64,000 bases of DNA from Felis catus. Lineage: Eukaryota. A model generated the notes under the pieces. It saw only the letters and a list, made by a program, of their open reading frames with translations, had not been told where the DNA came from and ran no database searches. Positions within the stretch are counted from its first letter, which is position 1; each line of letters begins with the position of its first letter. The DNA is taken from positions 82,896,001 to 82,960,000 of the forward strand of contig NC_058368.1 of the NCBI RefSeq assembly GCF_018350175.1. Direction: 5' to 3'. The position numbers and the translations under genes are program-made. Of the stretch, positions 1-13,100 are shown piece by piece.

Positions 1-1090
1 CAGAAATCTGTTGCATTCTATAATAATGAAGCTGCAGAAAGAGAAATTTAAAAAGAATTTCATTTATAATTATAAGATACCTATGAATAAACTTAAAGAG
101 GTGAAAAATTTGTACTTGAAAGCTACAAGACATTAGTGAAAGAAATAAAAGAGGACACAAGGAAATGCTCATGGATTGGGAGAACAAATATCATTAAAAT
201 GTATATACTACCCAAAACAATCTACACATTTTATTTAATCCCTATCAAAATACCAACAGAATTTTTCACAGAACTAGAACAGAGAATTCTAAAGTTTATT
301 TGGAACCACAATAGACCTTGAGTAGCCAAAAGAACATTGAAGAAGAAGAGCAAAACTGGAGGTATCACAATTCTTGAATTCAATTTATATTATAGTTGGA
401 GTAATCAAAACAGTAAGGTACTGACACAAAAATGGTCTCATAGATCAATAGAACAGGATAGGAAACCCGGAAATATAGCCACAACTTTATTTTTAAATAA
501 TCTGCAACAAACCAGGAAATAATTTTCAATGGTAAAAGGACAATCTGTTCAACAACTGTTATGGGGAAAATTGGTCAGCTACGCATGAAACAATGTAAAT
601 GGACTACTTCTTACACCATATACAAAAGTAAACTCAAAATGGATTAATGACCTAAGTGTGAGACCTGAAACCATAAAAATCTTAGAAGAGAACACAGACG
701 GTAGTTTCTCACAGACATATTTCTAGATATGTCCCCTGAGACAAGAGAAATAAGAACAAAAATAAACTATGGACTATGAAAAATTAAACAAAACAAAACA
801 ACAAACTTCAGAACAGCAAAGTAAAAATGAATAAAAAAAGCAACGTACTGAATGGAAGAAGACATGTGCAAATGACATACCTGATAAAAAGGTTGGAATC
901 CAAAATATGTAAAGAACTGTTACAAATCAAAACCCCCAAAATAATCCAATTAAAAATGGGCTGAAAAATGAACAGATATTTCTCCAAGGAAGACAGCTAG
1001 GTGACCAACAGGCCCATGTAAAGATGCTCACAGTACTCAACAGGGAAATGCAAATCAAAACTACAATGTGATTTCACTTCAAACCTGTAA
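1..1090 (+). mobile_element. LINE-1 ORF2 3' fragment, degenerate
   Basis: ORF 136..321 ([21 protein letters not shown]) is typical L1 ORF2 sequence downstream of the RT domain; many frameshifts. Confidence 0.9.
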
Positions 1091-1354
1091 TAATCTATTA
1101 GTTTCAGCAGTAGAATTCAGTGATTCATCACTGACATAAATCACATATTTAACATTTCATTTGCTGTTCTTTTGTGTATTTTTGTATTTTTTGTAAAGAT
1201 ATTTAACTCATTGATTTTAAATAAAATTTAAATTATATATATATGCCCCAGTCAAGTGCTTTTCCTAAATCTATTGAGATGATCTCTCTCTCTATATATA
1301 TACATACACACACACAAATTTGAACCAAAAGTATACATTTGTAAATACAATATA

Positions 1355-1546
1355 GGGGTGTCTGGTGGCTCAGTATGCTAGGTGTCTGAGTTCATTTCAG
1401 CTCAGTTCATAATCTCTTGGACTGTGTCCTCACGTTCTGCATCATGCTTTGTGCTGATACTGTGGAGCCAGCTTGGGATTCTCTCTCTCCCTCTCTCTCT
1501 GACTTTCACCCACTTGCTCTCTCTCAAAGTAAGTTGAAAAGATAAA
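1355..1546 (+). mobile_element. Can-SINE, older diverged copy
   Basis: ggggtgtctggtggctcag head, gagccagcttgggattctctc body, (CT)n tract and A-rich tail. Confidence 0.85.
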
Positions 1547-1839
1547 TATAATATATCATAATAAATATATAACATATAATTTAGTATACAAATATATTTA
1601 TAATATATATTATATATACATATATATATACACCCACACACATGTTCACAACTGCTGTCAATACCCATCACCCATTTAACACTGCAAACCTTGCCTCCAA
1701 AAACTCTTAGCTTGTTCTCTATAGTTAGTCTGTTTCATGATTTGCTTCTAAAATAAATAAATAAATAAATAAACAACCAACCAACAGATATGGACTTCTA
1801 ATTCTGGCATCTAAAAACAAGTTAGAGAATTTTTATTCC

Positions 1840-2880
1840 TTTTTAAATTTATTTATTTAAATTCAAGTTTCTTGACATACAGTGTAGTATTGGTTTCAGG
1901 ATTAAAACCCAGTGATTCATCACTTACATATCCCCAAAATCACCCTCCCTAATGCCCATCACCCATTTAGCCCATCCCCTCACATCCCCTCTAGCAATGC
2001 CCAGTTTGTTCTCTGTATTTAAAAGTCTCTTATGGTTTGCCTCCCTTTTGTTTTTATCTTTTTTTCCTTCACTTCCTTTATGTTTATCTTTTGAGTTTCT
2101 TAAATTCCACATGTGAGACAAACGTATGCGTTTGTCTTTCTCTGACTGACTTATTTCACTTATAATACTACACTCTAATTCTATCCACTTTGTTGAAGAT
2201 GTCAAGATTTCATTCTTTTATCACCAAGTAATATTCCATTGTATATGTATACCAACATTTTCTTCATCCATTTGTCAGATAATGAACATTTGGACTCTTT
2301 CCATAATTTGACTATCGTTGACAGCACTGCTATAAACATTGGCATGCATGTGCCATTTCAAATAAGCATTTTTGTATACTTTGGATAAATACCTAGTAGT
2401 GCAATTGCTGGGTGGTAGCATAGTTCTGTATTTAAGTTTTTGAGGCACCTCCAGACTGTTTTCCCGAGAAGTTGCACCAGTTTGCATCCGCACCAACAGT
2501 GCAAAAGTTTTCCCTTTTCTCCACATCCTCAGCAACATCTGTGTGAGGTGGTATTTCAGTGTGGTTTTGATTTTTATTTCCCTGATGATGAGTCACATTG
2601 AATGTTTTTTCATGTGTCTGTTAGCCATCTGGATGTCTTCTTTAGAAAAGTGTCTACGTTTTCTGGGTTCTACATTCTGTTGCATTGATCTATGTGTCTG
2701 TATTTGTGCCAGTACCATACTGTCTTGATGATTGTAGATTTGTAATACAGTGTGAAGTCCAGAATAAAGTTGCCTCTAACTTTGGTTTTCCTTTTCAACA
2801 TTATTTGACTATGCGGGGTCTTTTATGGTTCCATACAAAATTTAGGATTGTTCGTTAGATCTGTGAAGAATACTGGTGTT
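1840..2880 (-). mobile_element. LINE-1 3' end (3'UTR and ORF2 C-terminus) with internal deletions
   Basis: T-rich tail at ~1840; ORF 1924..2205 contains KWIELECSIISEISQSEKDK; the L1 sequence jumps at ~2543 and ~2657. Confidence 0.9.
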
Positions 2881-5800
2881 GGGAGGAGCCAAGATGGCAG
2901 AACAGCATGGAAGATTTTTATGTGTCTCACATCCATGAAATACAGCCAGACCAACACTAAACCATCCTGCACACCTAGAAAACTGATCTGAAGATTAACA
3001 CAAAAATCTGCACAACCTGAACCACAGAACTCAGCAAGTACACAGTACAGAAAGGTGAACTGGGGGTGTGAGAAGCTGTGGAGGGCAGGGAGCTGATTTT
3101 GTATGCAGGGAGAGGATGAAGATGGGGAGAGAGTATGGTAAAACACCCCCTTCCCAAAAGCAGCTGGAGAGAAAGTGGAAAAGTGGAAACAGCTGCAGGG
3201 ATGGAACTAAAAAGGGAGAAAGGAGAGGGATTAAATTCCATCAAGACTGTATAAACAGGAGGCGTACAGAGTCTAAAACTCTACAGCTCAATACCTGGTG
3301 GTGCTCTAGTGGGAAGGGTGAATCCCCGGGAGAAGAGCAGAGTCCAGAGGTCTTAGGGCCACACGGGGAGAGCTGGTTCCCCTGCTGGGAGGACACCTGG
3401 TAGAGGCTGTGTGGGTCCCACAAAGGAAAGGCCTAGTGGACCCAGAACAACCACATTTGCTGGTGCTGGAACAAGGTCATTAAGGGTGAAGCCTGGTGCC
3501 AGATGTGTGCTGTTATTTTCCATAATCCTTGAAACGCTTCTGCTACACGATCTTGCAAAGTTTTTCTAGGGCGGGCTGGCACCTAAATGCAGTCTCTGGG
3601 CATTGGCAGCAGCACAGTCCAGCAAACATTCCTCGGTGTAGCCAGCACCCAGCCATTGCTTCGTGAGACTCTCCTGCAGAGGGGCAAAACAGGTCAAAGC
3701 TTCAGTCCCTCAGAAGTAAGGGGTAGGGAAAAACAGCCACATCTGAGACAAAACTGAGGATGGAGGTGCTGCTTGGACTGTGTAAAAGCAGGGAGTGGAC
3801 AGAAGCCGAAGACAAAGGACGGGTGCTTGATTGCTGATCAGGGAGAAGAGAGTTCGGATACTAGAGACTGGGGAGATGGGGAGGCCATTTTCAGCACTCC
3901 GGAATATGTCATCCTAAAGGAACGTAATATACATACTTCTCCAGTGCACATGGAACGTTCTCTAGAATAGACCACATAATAGGACACAAATCAGCCCTCA
4001 ACAAGTACAAAAAGCCTGGGACAAAACAATGCATATTTTAGGAGCACAACGCTATGAACTCAATATCAACCACAAGAAAAAAAAATTGGACAGTTAACAA
4101 ATACTTGGAGACTACAGAACATTCTACTATAGAATGAATGGCCAAACAATAAATTTAAGAGGAGATTAAAAACCTCATGGAAGCCAATAACACCACAACC
4201 CCAAACCTCAGGGATTCAGCAAAGGTGGTGAAAGGAGGGAAGTATATAGCAATCCAGGCCTTGCTAAAGAAGGAAGAAGATCTTAGATGCACAACTTAAC
4301 CTTATGCCTTTAAGAGCTGGAAAAAGTACAGCAAATGAGACCCATAAGCAGCAGAAGAGAGGAAGGAATAAAAATTAGAGCAGAAATTAATGCTATCAAA
4401 ATAAAAAAAAAACAGTAGAACAGATCCATGAAACCAGATGTGATTCTTTGAAAGAATTAACAAAATTGACAAACCACTAGTCAGTTTGATCAAAAAGAAA
4501 AAGAAAAGGACCAAAATAAACAAAATCAAGAATGAAAGAGGAAGTGATCACAACCAACACAGCAGAAATAAAAACAATACTGAGAATATTATGAGGAATT
4601 ATATACCAATAAAATGGGCAATCTGGAAGAAATGGACAAATTCCTAGAAACATACACAGTACTAAAACTGAAACAGGAAAAATAGAAAATTTGAAGAGAC
4701 CCATAACGAGTAAGGAAATCGAATTAGTAATCAAAAATCTTCCAAAAAAAAAGAGTCCAAGACCAGAGGACTTTATAAGGGAACTCTACTAAACATTTAA
4801 GGAGGAGTTAACACCTATTTTCTTGAATCTGTTCTAAAAAATAGAAAAGGAAGCAAAACTTCTAAACTCTTTCCATGAAGCCAGCATTACCCTGATCCCC
4901 AAACCAGAAAGAGACCCCACTCAAAAGGAGAACTATAGACCAATTTCCCTGATGAACATGGATGCAAAAATCCTCAACAACATATTAGCCATCAGGATCC
5001 AACAATACATTAAGAAAATTATTCACCACTACCAACTGGGATTTGTATCTGGGATGCAGGGCTGGTTCAATATCCACAAAACAACGTGTTTCATCACAAC
5101 AATACAAGAAAGGACAAGAACCATAAGATCCTCTCAATAGATGCAGAGAAAGCATTTGACAAAATACAACATCCTTTCTTGATAAAAACCCTCAAGAAAG
5201 TAGGGATAGAAGGAGCATACCTCGAGATCATAAAAGCCGTATATGAACGACCCAATGCTAATATCCTCAATGGGGAAAAACTGACAACTTTCCCCCTAAG
5301 GTCAGGAAGAAGACAGGGATGTCCACTGTCGCCACTGTTATTCAACATTGTGTTGGAAGTCGTAGCCTCTACAATCAGACAACACATAGAAATAAATGGA
5401 ATCCAAATCGGCCAGGAGGTGGTCAAACTTTCGCTCTTTGCATATGACATGATACTCTACATGGAAAACCCAAAATATTCCACCAAAAAACTGCTAGAAT
5501 TGAATCATGAAGTCAGCAGAGTTGCAGGATATAAAATCAATGCACAGAAATCGGTTACATTCCTATACACCAACAATAAAGTGACAGAGAAATCAAGGAA
5601 TCGATCTCATTTAAAGTTGCACACACACAAAAAAATAAAATAGTTAAGAATAAACCTAACCAAAGAGATAAAAAATCTATACACTAAAAACTATAGAAAG
5701 CTTATGAAAGAAATTGAGGACACAAACAAATGGAAAATGATCCCATGCTCCTTGGTAGGAAGAACAAATTTTGTTCAAATGTCGATATTACCAAAGCAAT

Positions 5801-6388
5801 GTACATATTCAATGCAATCCCTATCAAAATAACACCCGCATTCTTCACACAGAGCTAGAAAAAATAATCCTAAAATTTGTATGGAACCAGAAAAGACCCC
5901 AAATAGCCAAAGCAATCTTGAAAAAGAAAACCAAACCAGGAGATATCACAGTCCCAGACTTCAAGCTATACTACAAAGCTGTAATCATCAAAACAGTATG
6001 GTACCAGCAGAACAGACACTCAGATCAATGGAACAGAATAGAGAACCCAGAAATGCACCCAAAAACGCAGGACCCACTAATCTTAAAGCAGGAAAGAATA
6101 TCCAATGAAATAAAGACAGTCTCTTCAGCTAGTGGTGCTGGGAAAACAGGACAGTGACATGCAGACGAATGAACCTGGACCACTTTCTTATGCCAAACAC
6201 AAAAATAAACTCAAAATGGATGAAAGACTAAATGTAAGACAGGAAGCCATCAAAATCATTGAGGAGAAGACAAGTAAAAACCTCTTTGATCTTGGCCGCA
6301 ACAAACTCTCACTCAACCTGTCTCTGGAGGCAAGGGAAACAAAAGCAAAATGAACTATTGAGACCTCATCAAAATAAAAAGCTTCCGT
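2881..6388 (+). mobile_element. LINE-1 with 5'UTR type A joined directly to ORF2 (ORF1 deleted), 3'-truncated
   Basis: Starts gggaggagccaagatggcagaacagc; jumps at ~3895 into the endonuclease region; RT motifs [10 protein letters not shown] and LFAYDMILY in ORF 5086..5643; ends at the satellite. Confidence 0.9.
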
Positions 6389-6702
6389 GTTTTGAAACCT
6401 CCATGTTTGAAAACCTATGCAGAGCCTACCCTGAAAGTATCTTACACTGCACTCTGGCAAAGATTTTGGGGAAGCCTTCCTTCCACTGACATTTTATTTC
6501 ACTATGTTACATGTGACTGCAAACCGTGTGGCCCCTACAGCCAAAGTGCCATATACTCAACTCTGTGAAACAACACTGTGGGGAAACAGGTTCAACGAAC
6601 ACCTGGTTTCACTAAGTTAGAAGTGGTTGAGAAACCCGTCGGGCCCTCTGTCAAACTGCACATTGCAGAAGCCATCTTTTAGCTAACATCTTAATCTCTA
6701 AA
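6389..6702 (-). repeat. ~113-bp satellite, inverted block of ~3 degenerate monomers
   Basis: gtttgaaaacctatgcag, atatactcaactctgtgaaac and actaagttagaagtg are reverse complements of the 9024-10156 monomer. Confidence 0.85.
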
Positions 6703-6900
6703 ATATGGATGGCACGTATGTTATATATATTGTTTGTGTCTGTGTATATTTGTGTGGTGAATGGTGTGTGTATATGGTGTGTCAGTGTTTTGTAGGTGCT
6801 GTATGTGTCTTTCTGTGTTGTCTTCAAGTGTCCTATATGTGTTGGGATTGGAGTGTATCAGCTATGTATGCGCCGCATAGAATGTATGTGTGAGTATGGT
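6703..6900. repeat. TG-rich low-complexity segment, paralogous to ~7843-8045
   Basis: Both copies start atggatggca and share catagaatgtatgt; the ORF track gives MDG...MYAPHRMYV in both. Confidence 0.8.
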
Positions 6901-6904
6901 CTTT

Positions 6905-7110
6905 CTAATTTTTTCAATTAATTTATTAGAGAGGGAGAGATGGAGAGAGTGAGAGATGGGGAGGAGCGGAGAGAGATGGAGAGAGAATCCCAACCGCGCT
7001 CCATGCTGTCAATGCAGAGCCCAACAAGGGCTTAGTCCCATGACTGTGAGATCCTGATGGAGTGGATATCAAGAGTCAGGCGCCTCACTGACCATGCCAC
7101 CCAGGTGCCT
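6905..7110 (-). mobile_element. Can-SINE
   Basis: T-rich tail, (GA)n, ending gccacccaggtgcctc (reverse complement of the SINE head). Confidence 0.85.
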
Positions 7111-7119
7111 CAGGGCACT

Positions 7120-7629
7120 CGTATTCTCAACACTCGACGAAACTTTGGACTGTTTTCCGGAGTGGCTGCACCAGTTTGCATTCCCATCCAGTGTCAGAGG
7201 GTTTCCCTTTATCCCCAAACTTGCCAACACCACTTTTTCTTTGTGTTGTCAAATGTAGTCCTTCTGACAGACGTGGGTGATATCTCATTGTAGTATTGAT
7301 TTGTATTTGCCTTATGATGAGTGATGTTGAGCCTCTTTTCATGTGTCTTTGAGGGAAGGGTCACCTTGTGTGTTCCTCTGTGTGCTTCTCTTCCTCTCCC
7401 TCTTTCCTCAATGAGGGCTCCCTCTCCTCTGCAGCACCCTTGATATATCTGTCCCCCAACCCCCTCTCTGCACTTCCTTGTTTCTTTGGTGTGTCTTCTT
7501 CTCTCCCTGTAACCGAGGCCTTGGTTTTGTCAGTCTTCGTGTTGCTTTCTGGGGTATTTAGAATGATTTGATAGTGATCTAGCTACATTCACAGGATGAG
7601 ACTACAACGGCTGCCATGCTAGCTCTCCC
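7120..7629 (-). mobile_element. LINE-1 remnant: 5'UTR start abutting the ORF2 C-terminal region
   Basis: Minus strand starts gggagagctagcatggcagcc (L1-like 5' end); junction at ~7350 to ORF2 SLIIRQIQINTTMRYH...WECKLVQPL. Confidence 0.7.
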
Positions 7630-7729
7630 AACACACAGTGTTGTAGTAAAGAATGTTTCAACAAACTATGAGATGTATGTGAAAGGCTACATGAAAGACA
7701 CTTAAGCAGTGTCATTTCAGGCAGTAAAC

Positions 7730-9023
7730 CACAAGGTGTGGGTGGCGTCTGGTGGGTGTATTGAGAGGTATATGTGTGGTGTGTGTGGTGTGGTGTTTGT
7801 GGTGTATGTTGGGAGTATTTGTGATTGCCTGATCCTGTTCTGTATGGATGGCATGTATGTTGTATATCTGGTTTGTTTCTGTGTACTGCATTTGTGTGGT
7901 GAATGTGATGTGCGTGTGTGGTGTGTCGGTGGTTTGTAGTGGATGTATGTGTCTTTCTTGTGGTCCTTAAGTGTATATATGTTGTGATTTTGCTATATAT
8001 GTCATGTATGTATGCTCCACATAGAATGTATGTTCGTGTATCGTCTTTTTATGGCATGTGTGTTTTGTATGTGGTGCATGTGTGGTTCCTGGTATGGCAT
8101 ACGGGTGGAGTTTGTTCAATATAAGTGTGGTGTGTGTGGTGTGCATGGTGTCTATATATCATAGATGTATGTATTCTCATGGTGTGCTTATTGTAGATGT
8201 GGTGTCTGTGCAGTATATATGTGTTGTGTGTGGTATATGTTTGACATGTATATGGTGTATATATGGAATGTGTTTGTGTGGCATATGTGTGTAGGGTGTG
8301 TATATATGTGTGAGTGTGTGATATGTGTATTATGTGTAGTAAATAGTGTGTGGAAGATATCTGTGTGATGTGTAAGTGGTGTGTATGTTGTGACTGGGTG
8401 AGGTGTTTTTGTGGTATTCACGGGTCATGAGAGGTATGTGTTTGTACTATCTGTTGCTGTGTGTTCGGTGTAAGAGTGGTGTAGCTGTGTGGTATATGTG
8501 TCACATTTTGTCTATATGTGCAGTGTGTGTGGTGTCTTTGTAGTTGATGTGTAGAGGAGTTGACATCTGCCTTCTGTATAAGTGGTCTAGGTTTGGGGTG
8601 TGTGGTGTCTATGTGGAGGGTGTATGTGTGGTTTGTTTGGAAATTGTGTGCTATATGTGTTGAGTGTGGTAACCCTGTGTGAGGGTTATAAGTGTAGGTG
8701 TGTGGGGCATGTGTGATCTGTGTTGGATATGTTTGTGGCACATGCATGGTGAGTGTGTATATATATGGTGTATGTAATGTATGTATTTGTAGATGATATA
8801 TGTGTGATGTAGGTGTGTATTTAGTATGAATGTGGCTAATGCAGAGGGCAACGTGTGTGGAATGGGCAGGGTGTGCGTGTATGTGTGTTATAAGTGTCTT
8901 GAGAGAAGTGTACATGTGGTCATGTGTAGGGTGTTTGTCATAAATGTTTTGTATTTGTGTTGTGTATTGTGATATGTGTGATATATGTTTGGTTTGTGTA
9001 ATTCGTGTGTTGCATGGTTGTAT
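7730..9023. repeat. Long TG/TATG-rich low-complexity tract
   Basis: About 1.3 kb dominated by gtgt, tatg and ggtg words. Confidence 0.9.
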
Positions 9024-10156
9024 GTTAGTTGAAAGATGATTTCCCCAAAGTGCAGTTTGACAGAGTTGAGTATATGTCACTTTCCACATAGGCCCTGCAT
9101 AGGTTTTCAAACACTTCTAACTTAGTGATACAAGAGGTTAGTTGAAAGATGGTTTCCCCAAAGTGAAGTGTGACAGAGTTGATATGGAACTTTACGTAAA
9201 GTCCCTGCATAGGTTTTCAAGAACTTGTACCAGAGTGAAACTAGATGTTAGTTAAAAGATGGCTCCCCAGAGTGTTCTTTCACATTGTTGACTATATATA
9301 TGGCACGTACCTTGTAAGTTCTGCATAGTTTTCACAGTTTTCATTTAGTGAAAGAAGATATACGTAGAAAGATATTTTCACCACAGTGTTTTTTTCACAT
9401 AATTGAGTATAGGGCACTTTCTGCTTAAGTCACCATAGGTTTTCAAACACTTCTAACAGTGATACAAGATGTTAGTTGAAAAATGGTTTCCACACAGTGT
9501 TGTTTCGCAGAATTGAGTATATCGCACTTTCTGCATTGACCCCACATATGTTTTCAAACGGTTCTACCTTTGTGAAACAAGATGTTAGTTGAAAGATGGT
9601 TTCTCCCCAGTATTCCTTCACAGGGTGGAGTAAATGTCACTTGCCACATCGTTCTCCAAATAAAATTTCAAATAATTCCAACTTAGTGATACAAGATGTT
9701 AGTTGAAAGATGGTTTACCCAATGTGAAGTTTCACAAAGGTGAATATGTGGCACTTTCAGTATAGGCCTCCCATCATTGTTCAACCTCTTCTTAGAGTAA
9801 GGAGATGTTAGTTGAATGGTGTTTTCCCCACCGTCTTGTTTCACATAGTCGAGTATATAGCACTTATATACGTCTGCATATGCTTTCAAGCTCTTCTAAC
9901 TTAGTCAAACAAGATGTTAGTTGAAAGATGGTTCCGCCGCAGGATTGTTTCAGAGTATCAAGTACATGTCACTTTCCACATCGTGCACCACATAGGTTTT
10001 CAAACACATAACTGATACAAGATGTTATTTGAAAAATGGTTTCCCCAAAGGGCAGTTTGACAGAGTTGAGTGTATGGCACTATCTGCATAAGATCCCACA
10101 GGTTTTCAAACCCTTCTTACTTGGTGAAACAAGATATAGTTGAAAGATGGTCTCCA
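9024..10156 (+). repeat. ~113-bp tandem satellite (10 monomers plus a partial 11th), candidate felid centromeric satellite
   Basis: Anchor gttagttgaaagatgg or a variant at 9024, 9137, 9247, ~9360, 9471, 9584, 9698, 9807, 9916, 10024 and ~10135; spacing 108-114 bp. Confidence 0.92.
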
Positions 10157-13100
10157 GGGAGGAGGGCCAACATGGCAGAGAAATAGGGGGATCCATACAT
10201 CCTGCATCTCTCAAAGAAGTGTAGAATCCAAAAGACTTTGAACACCAGAGCCTGGGAGGAAAAGAGAAAGAATTGACTAGGAAGAAAATGGGAAAGCTGG
10301 AAAAAAGATACGTGTTTAACTGCGAACTGGGGGAGGTAAAAAGAAAAAAGGCCGTGTGGTCACAGAGGGGAGGGACCCCCTTCTGGGGAGAGACGAAGGG
10401 AAGAGAAAGAACGGCTAGGGAAGTGCAGGACCATAGCTGGACAAGAGAAAGACCTCAGACTGACAGAAGGATCTGATCTCTAACTGTGGGGCTTTCTTCG
10501 GACTGGGGCCGGGTCGCTGTTCGTGCACCTGGGGAGGAGGGGAGCCAGGCCTGGGTGTGGTGGTAGGTCAGAGGCTCAGTCCGCAGCTGGAGAAAGCAGT
10601 TCCATCCCTGGAGGGCTGCATGATAGCACAGAACCTGTCTGCATCTGCCACCCTTGGGTGCAGTGGCTGGGCATAGGCCTCAGTGTGCAGGAGGATAATG
10701 TGGTCGTTTCCCTGGCACGCTGTGAGGAAAGATAAAGCCTGCCTACATCCACCACCCTGGGGGCTCACGGCCGCCAGGGCAGTGGCTCAGTGTCCAGAAG
10801 ACAGTCCTCCCTGAAGCTCAGTGATATAGACAAAGCAGCCAGGACCACGTATCACTGCACTGAGACACTTCCACAGCGGCAGAGCGCATAGAGTGGGACT
10901 TTGAATCCTAGCCAAGCCCAGGGTTGGGGCAGTTGGCTGATAGAGAAGGACTGCCCATCTACACCTGCTGCACTGTGAGGGCCACTCTAAAGGAGTCCAT
11001 CTGGTCCTGCTCCGTGGGAAGAGACTAGGGAATCACCATTTTCCCCTCCCCCCACACCCACCACCACCAAGGCAAGGCCTCTAGGATCACTCCTGGGCCC
11101 ACAGAGGAGGTGGGTTCAGATTACACCAAACCATGCCCCTTTGCACTGGGTAACTGCGTATCCATCAGAGCAGCACAGACCCTGTGGACAGCTATTACCT
11201 ACAAGTGATGCAGCATTGCCTGGATTAACTCTAGGTCAATTCTGGATACAAAGATATATTCTCCCCTCCCCATTTCTCTTCCTTATCTCTTCCCTCCCCT
11301 AGGCTACTCTGGTTATTGGTCTGTCTAAAGAGACATATTTAATCCATTGTCTTGATACATGTTCTATACCTCTTTACACTCCTTTCTCAGGAAAAATCAA
11401 GCCATATAGTTTTTCTGCCTGGGTATTTTATCTTGGTTTTGTTTTCCCCACCTCCTTCTTTATTTTCCTGTCTCTCTTTCTGGATTAAACTTTTTAGTCT
11501 TTCTGCCTAATCATTTCTTTTTTCTCCCCCCTCCCCACTCCTGTCATTTCTCCCTTTGTATGTGCTCTTCCTTCAGCACCACCCCTTCTCTCTTCTTGTA
11601 GTCAGTGTTTTGGATTTTTTCTTTTTTACTCTTTAGGTTGTTTTTGTTTATTTTTTTGTGTTATTTACTTGTGTGTTTGTGTATTTTGTCTCCTGTTTGT
11701 CTATCTGTTCTCCTTTACAGGACTACTGCAAGGAACAAATCAAAGCACACCTGGTGGAGGGTACAATATATTACTATGAGTAGGGTAATAAAATAACCAA
11801 AGTCACAACAAAAGAGAGCAAGTAACAACACCTTAAAAAATACCTTCTGAAGGGCCAGGCTCTGGACAGTGTATACCCTCCATTAATATAGCAGTGCTCA
11901 CAGGTACAGAGCACCCAAGCTTTAAAAATGCATAAGGGACAGAAAACTAGCTAAACTGACAAAATGGAAGAAATCTCCTCAAAAGGAACTCAAGGAAGTA
12001 GGGACAGCTAACGAATTGATCATAACTGATTTCAGCAATATAAGAAACAAGAATTTAGAATAATAGTAATAAAATTAATCACTGGGCTTGAAACAAGTAT
12101 AGAGGACAGCATAGAATCTATTGCTACAGAGATGAAGGGCCTAAGAAATAGTCATGAAGAACTAAAAAATGCTATAAATGAGGTGCAAAAAAAATGGAGA
12201 CAGCCATAGCACAGATTGAAGAGGCAGAGGAGAGTAGGTGAACTAGGAAACAAATTATGGAAAAAGAGGAAGCTGAGAAAAGAGAGAAAAAAAATTCCAG
12301 GAGTATGAGGGGAGAATTAGAGAACTAAGTGATGCAATCAAGCACAATATCCATATCATAGGAATTCCGAAGGGGAAGAGAGAGAGAAGAACTAAGTGAT
12401 GCAATCAAGCACAATATCCATATCATAGGAATTCTGAAGGGGAAGAGAGAGAGAAATGGACTGGATGTGTACTTAAACAAATCATAGCTAAGAACTTCCC
12501 TGATCTGGGGAAGGAAAAAGGCACTGAAATCCAAAAGGTACAGAAAACTCCCTTCAGACATGAATCAATCTTCTCCACAACATATCATAGTGAAACTGGC
12601 AAAATACAAGGGTAAAGAGAAAATTCTGAAAGCAGGTAGGGATAAACAGACTCTAACTTACAAAGGCAGACACATAAAAGTAGTAGCAGACCTATCTACT
12701 GAAACTTGGCAGGACAGAAAAAATGGCAGGAAATCTGAACAAAAAATATGCAGCCAAGAATCCTTTATCCAGCAAGTCTAACATTCAGAATGGAAGGAGA
12801 GATAAAGATTTACCCAAACACAAAAACTGAAGGAATTCACCACTAAACCAGCTCTATAAGAGATCCTAAGGGGGATTTTGTGAGTTAAATGTTGCAAAGA
12901 CTACAATGTAACAGAGATATCACTACAAGCATGAAATCTACAGACATCACAATGACTCTAAACCCATATCTTTCAATAACACCGAATGTAAATGGACTAT
13001 ATGCTCCAACCAAAAGATATAGGGTATCAGAGTGGATAAAAAACAAGACCCATCTATTTGCTCTCTACAAGAGACTCATTTTAGACCTGAGGACACCTTC

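Noticed and set aside
8418..9110. 230-aa His/Thr-rich ORF and overlapping Cys/Val-rich ORFs
   Set aside because: Translation artefacts of the TG/CA low-complexity tract.
9503..9520. Possible CENP-B box (ttcgcagaattgagt)
   Set aside because: It lacks the CGGG half of TTCGnnnnAnnCGGG, and the TTCG occurs in only one monomer.
9024..10156. CRISPR-like regular repeat spacing
   Set aside because: The intervening sequences are homologous to one another, there are no cas genes and the DNA is mammalian; this is a satellite.
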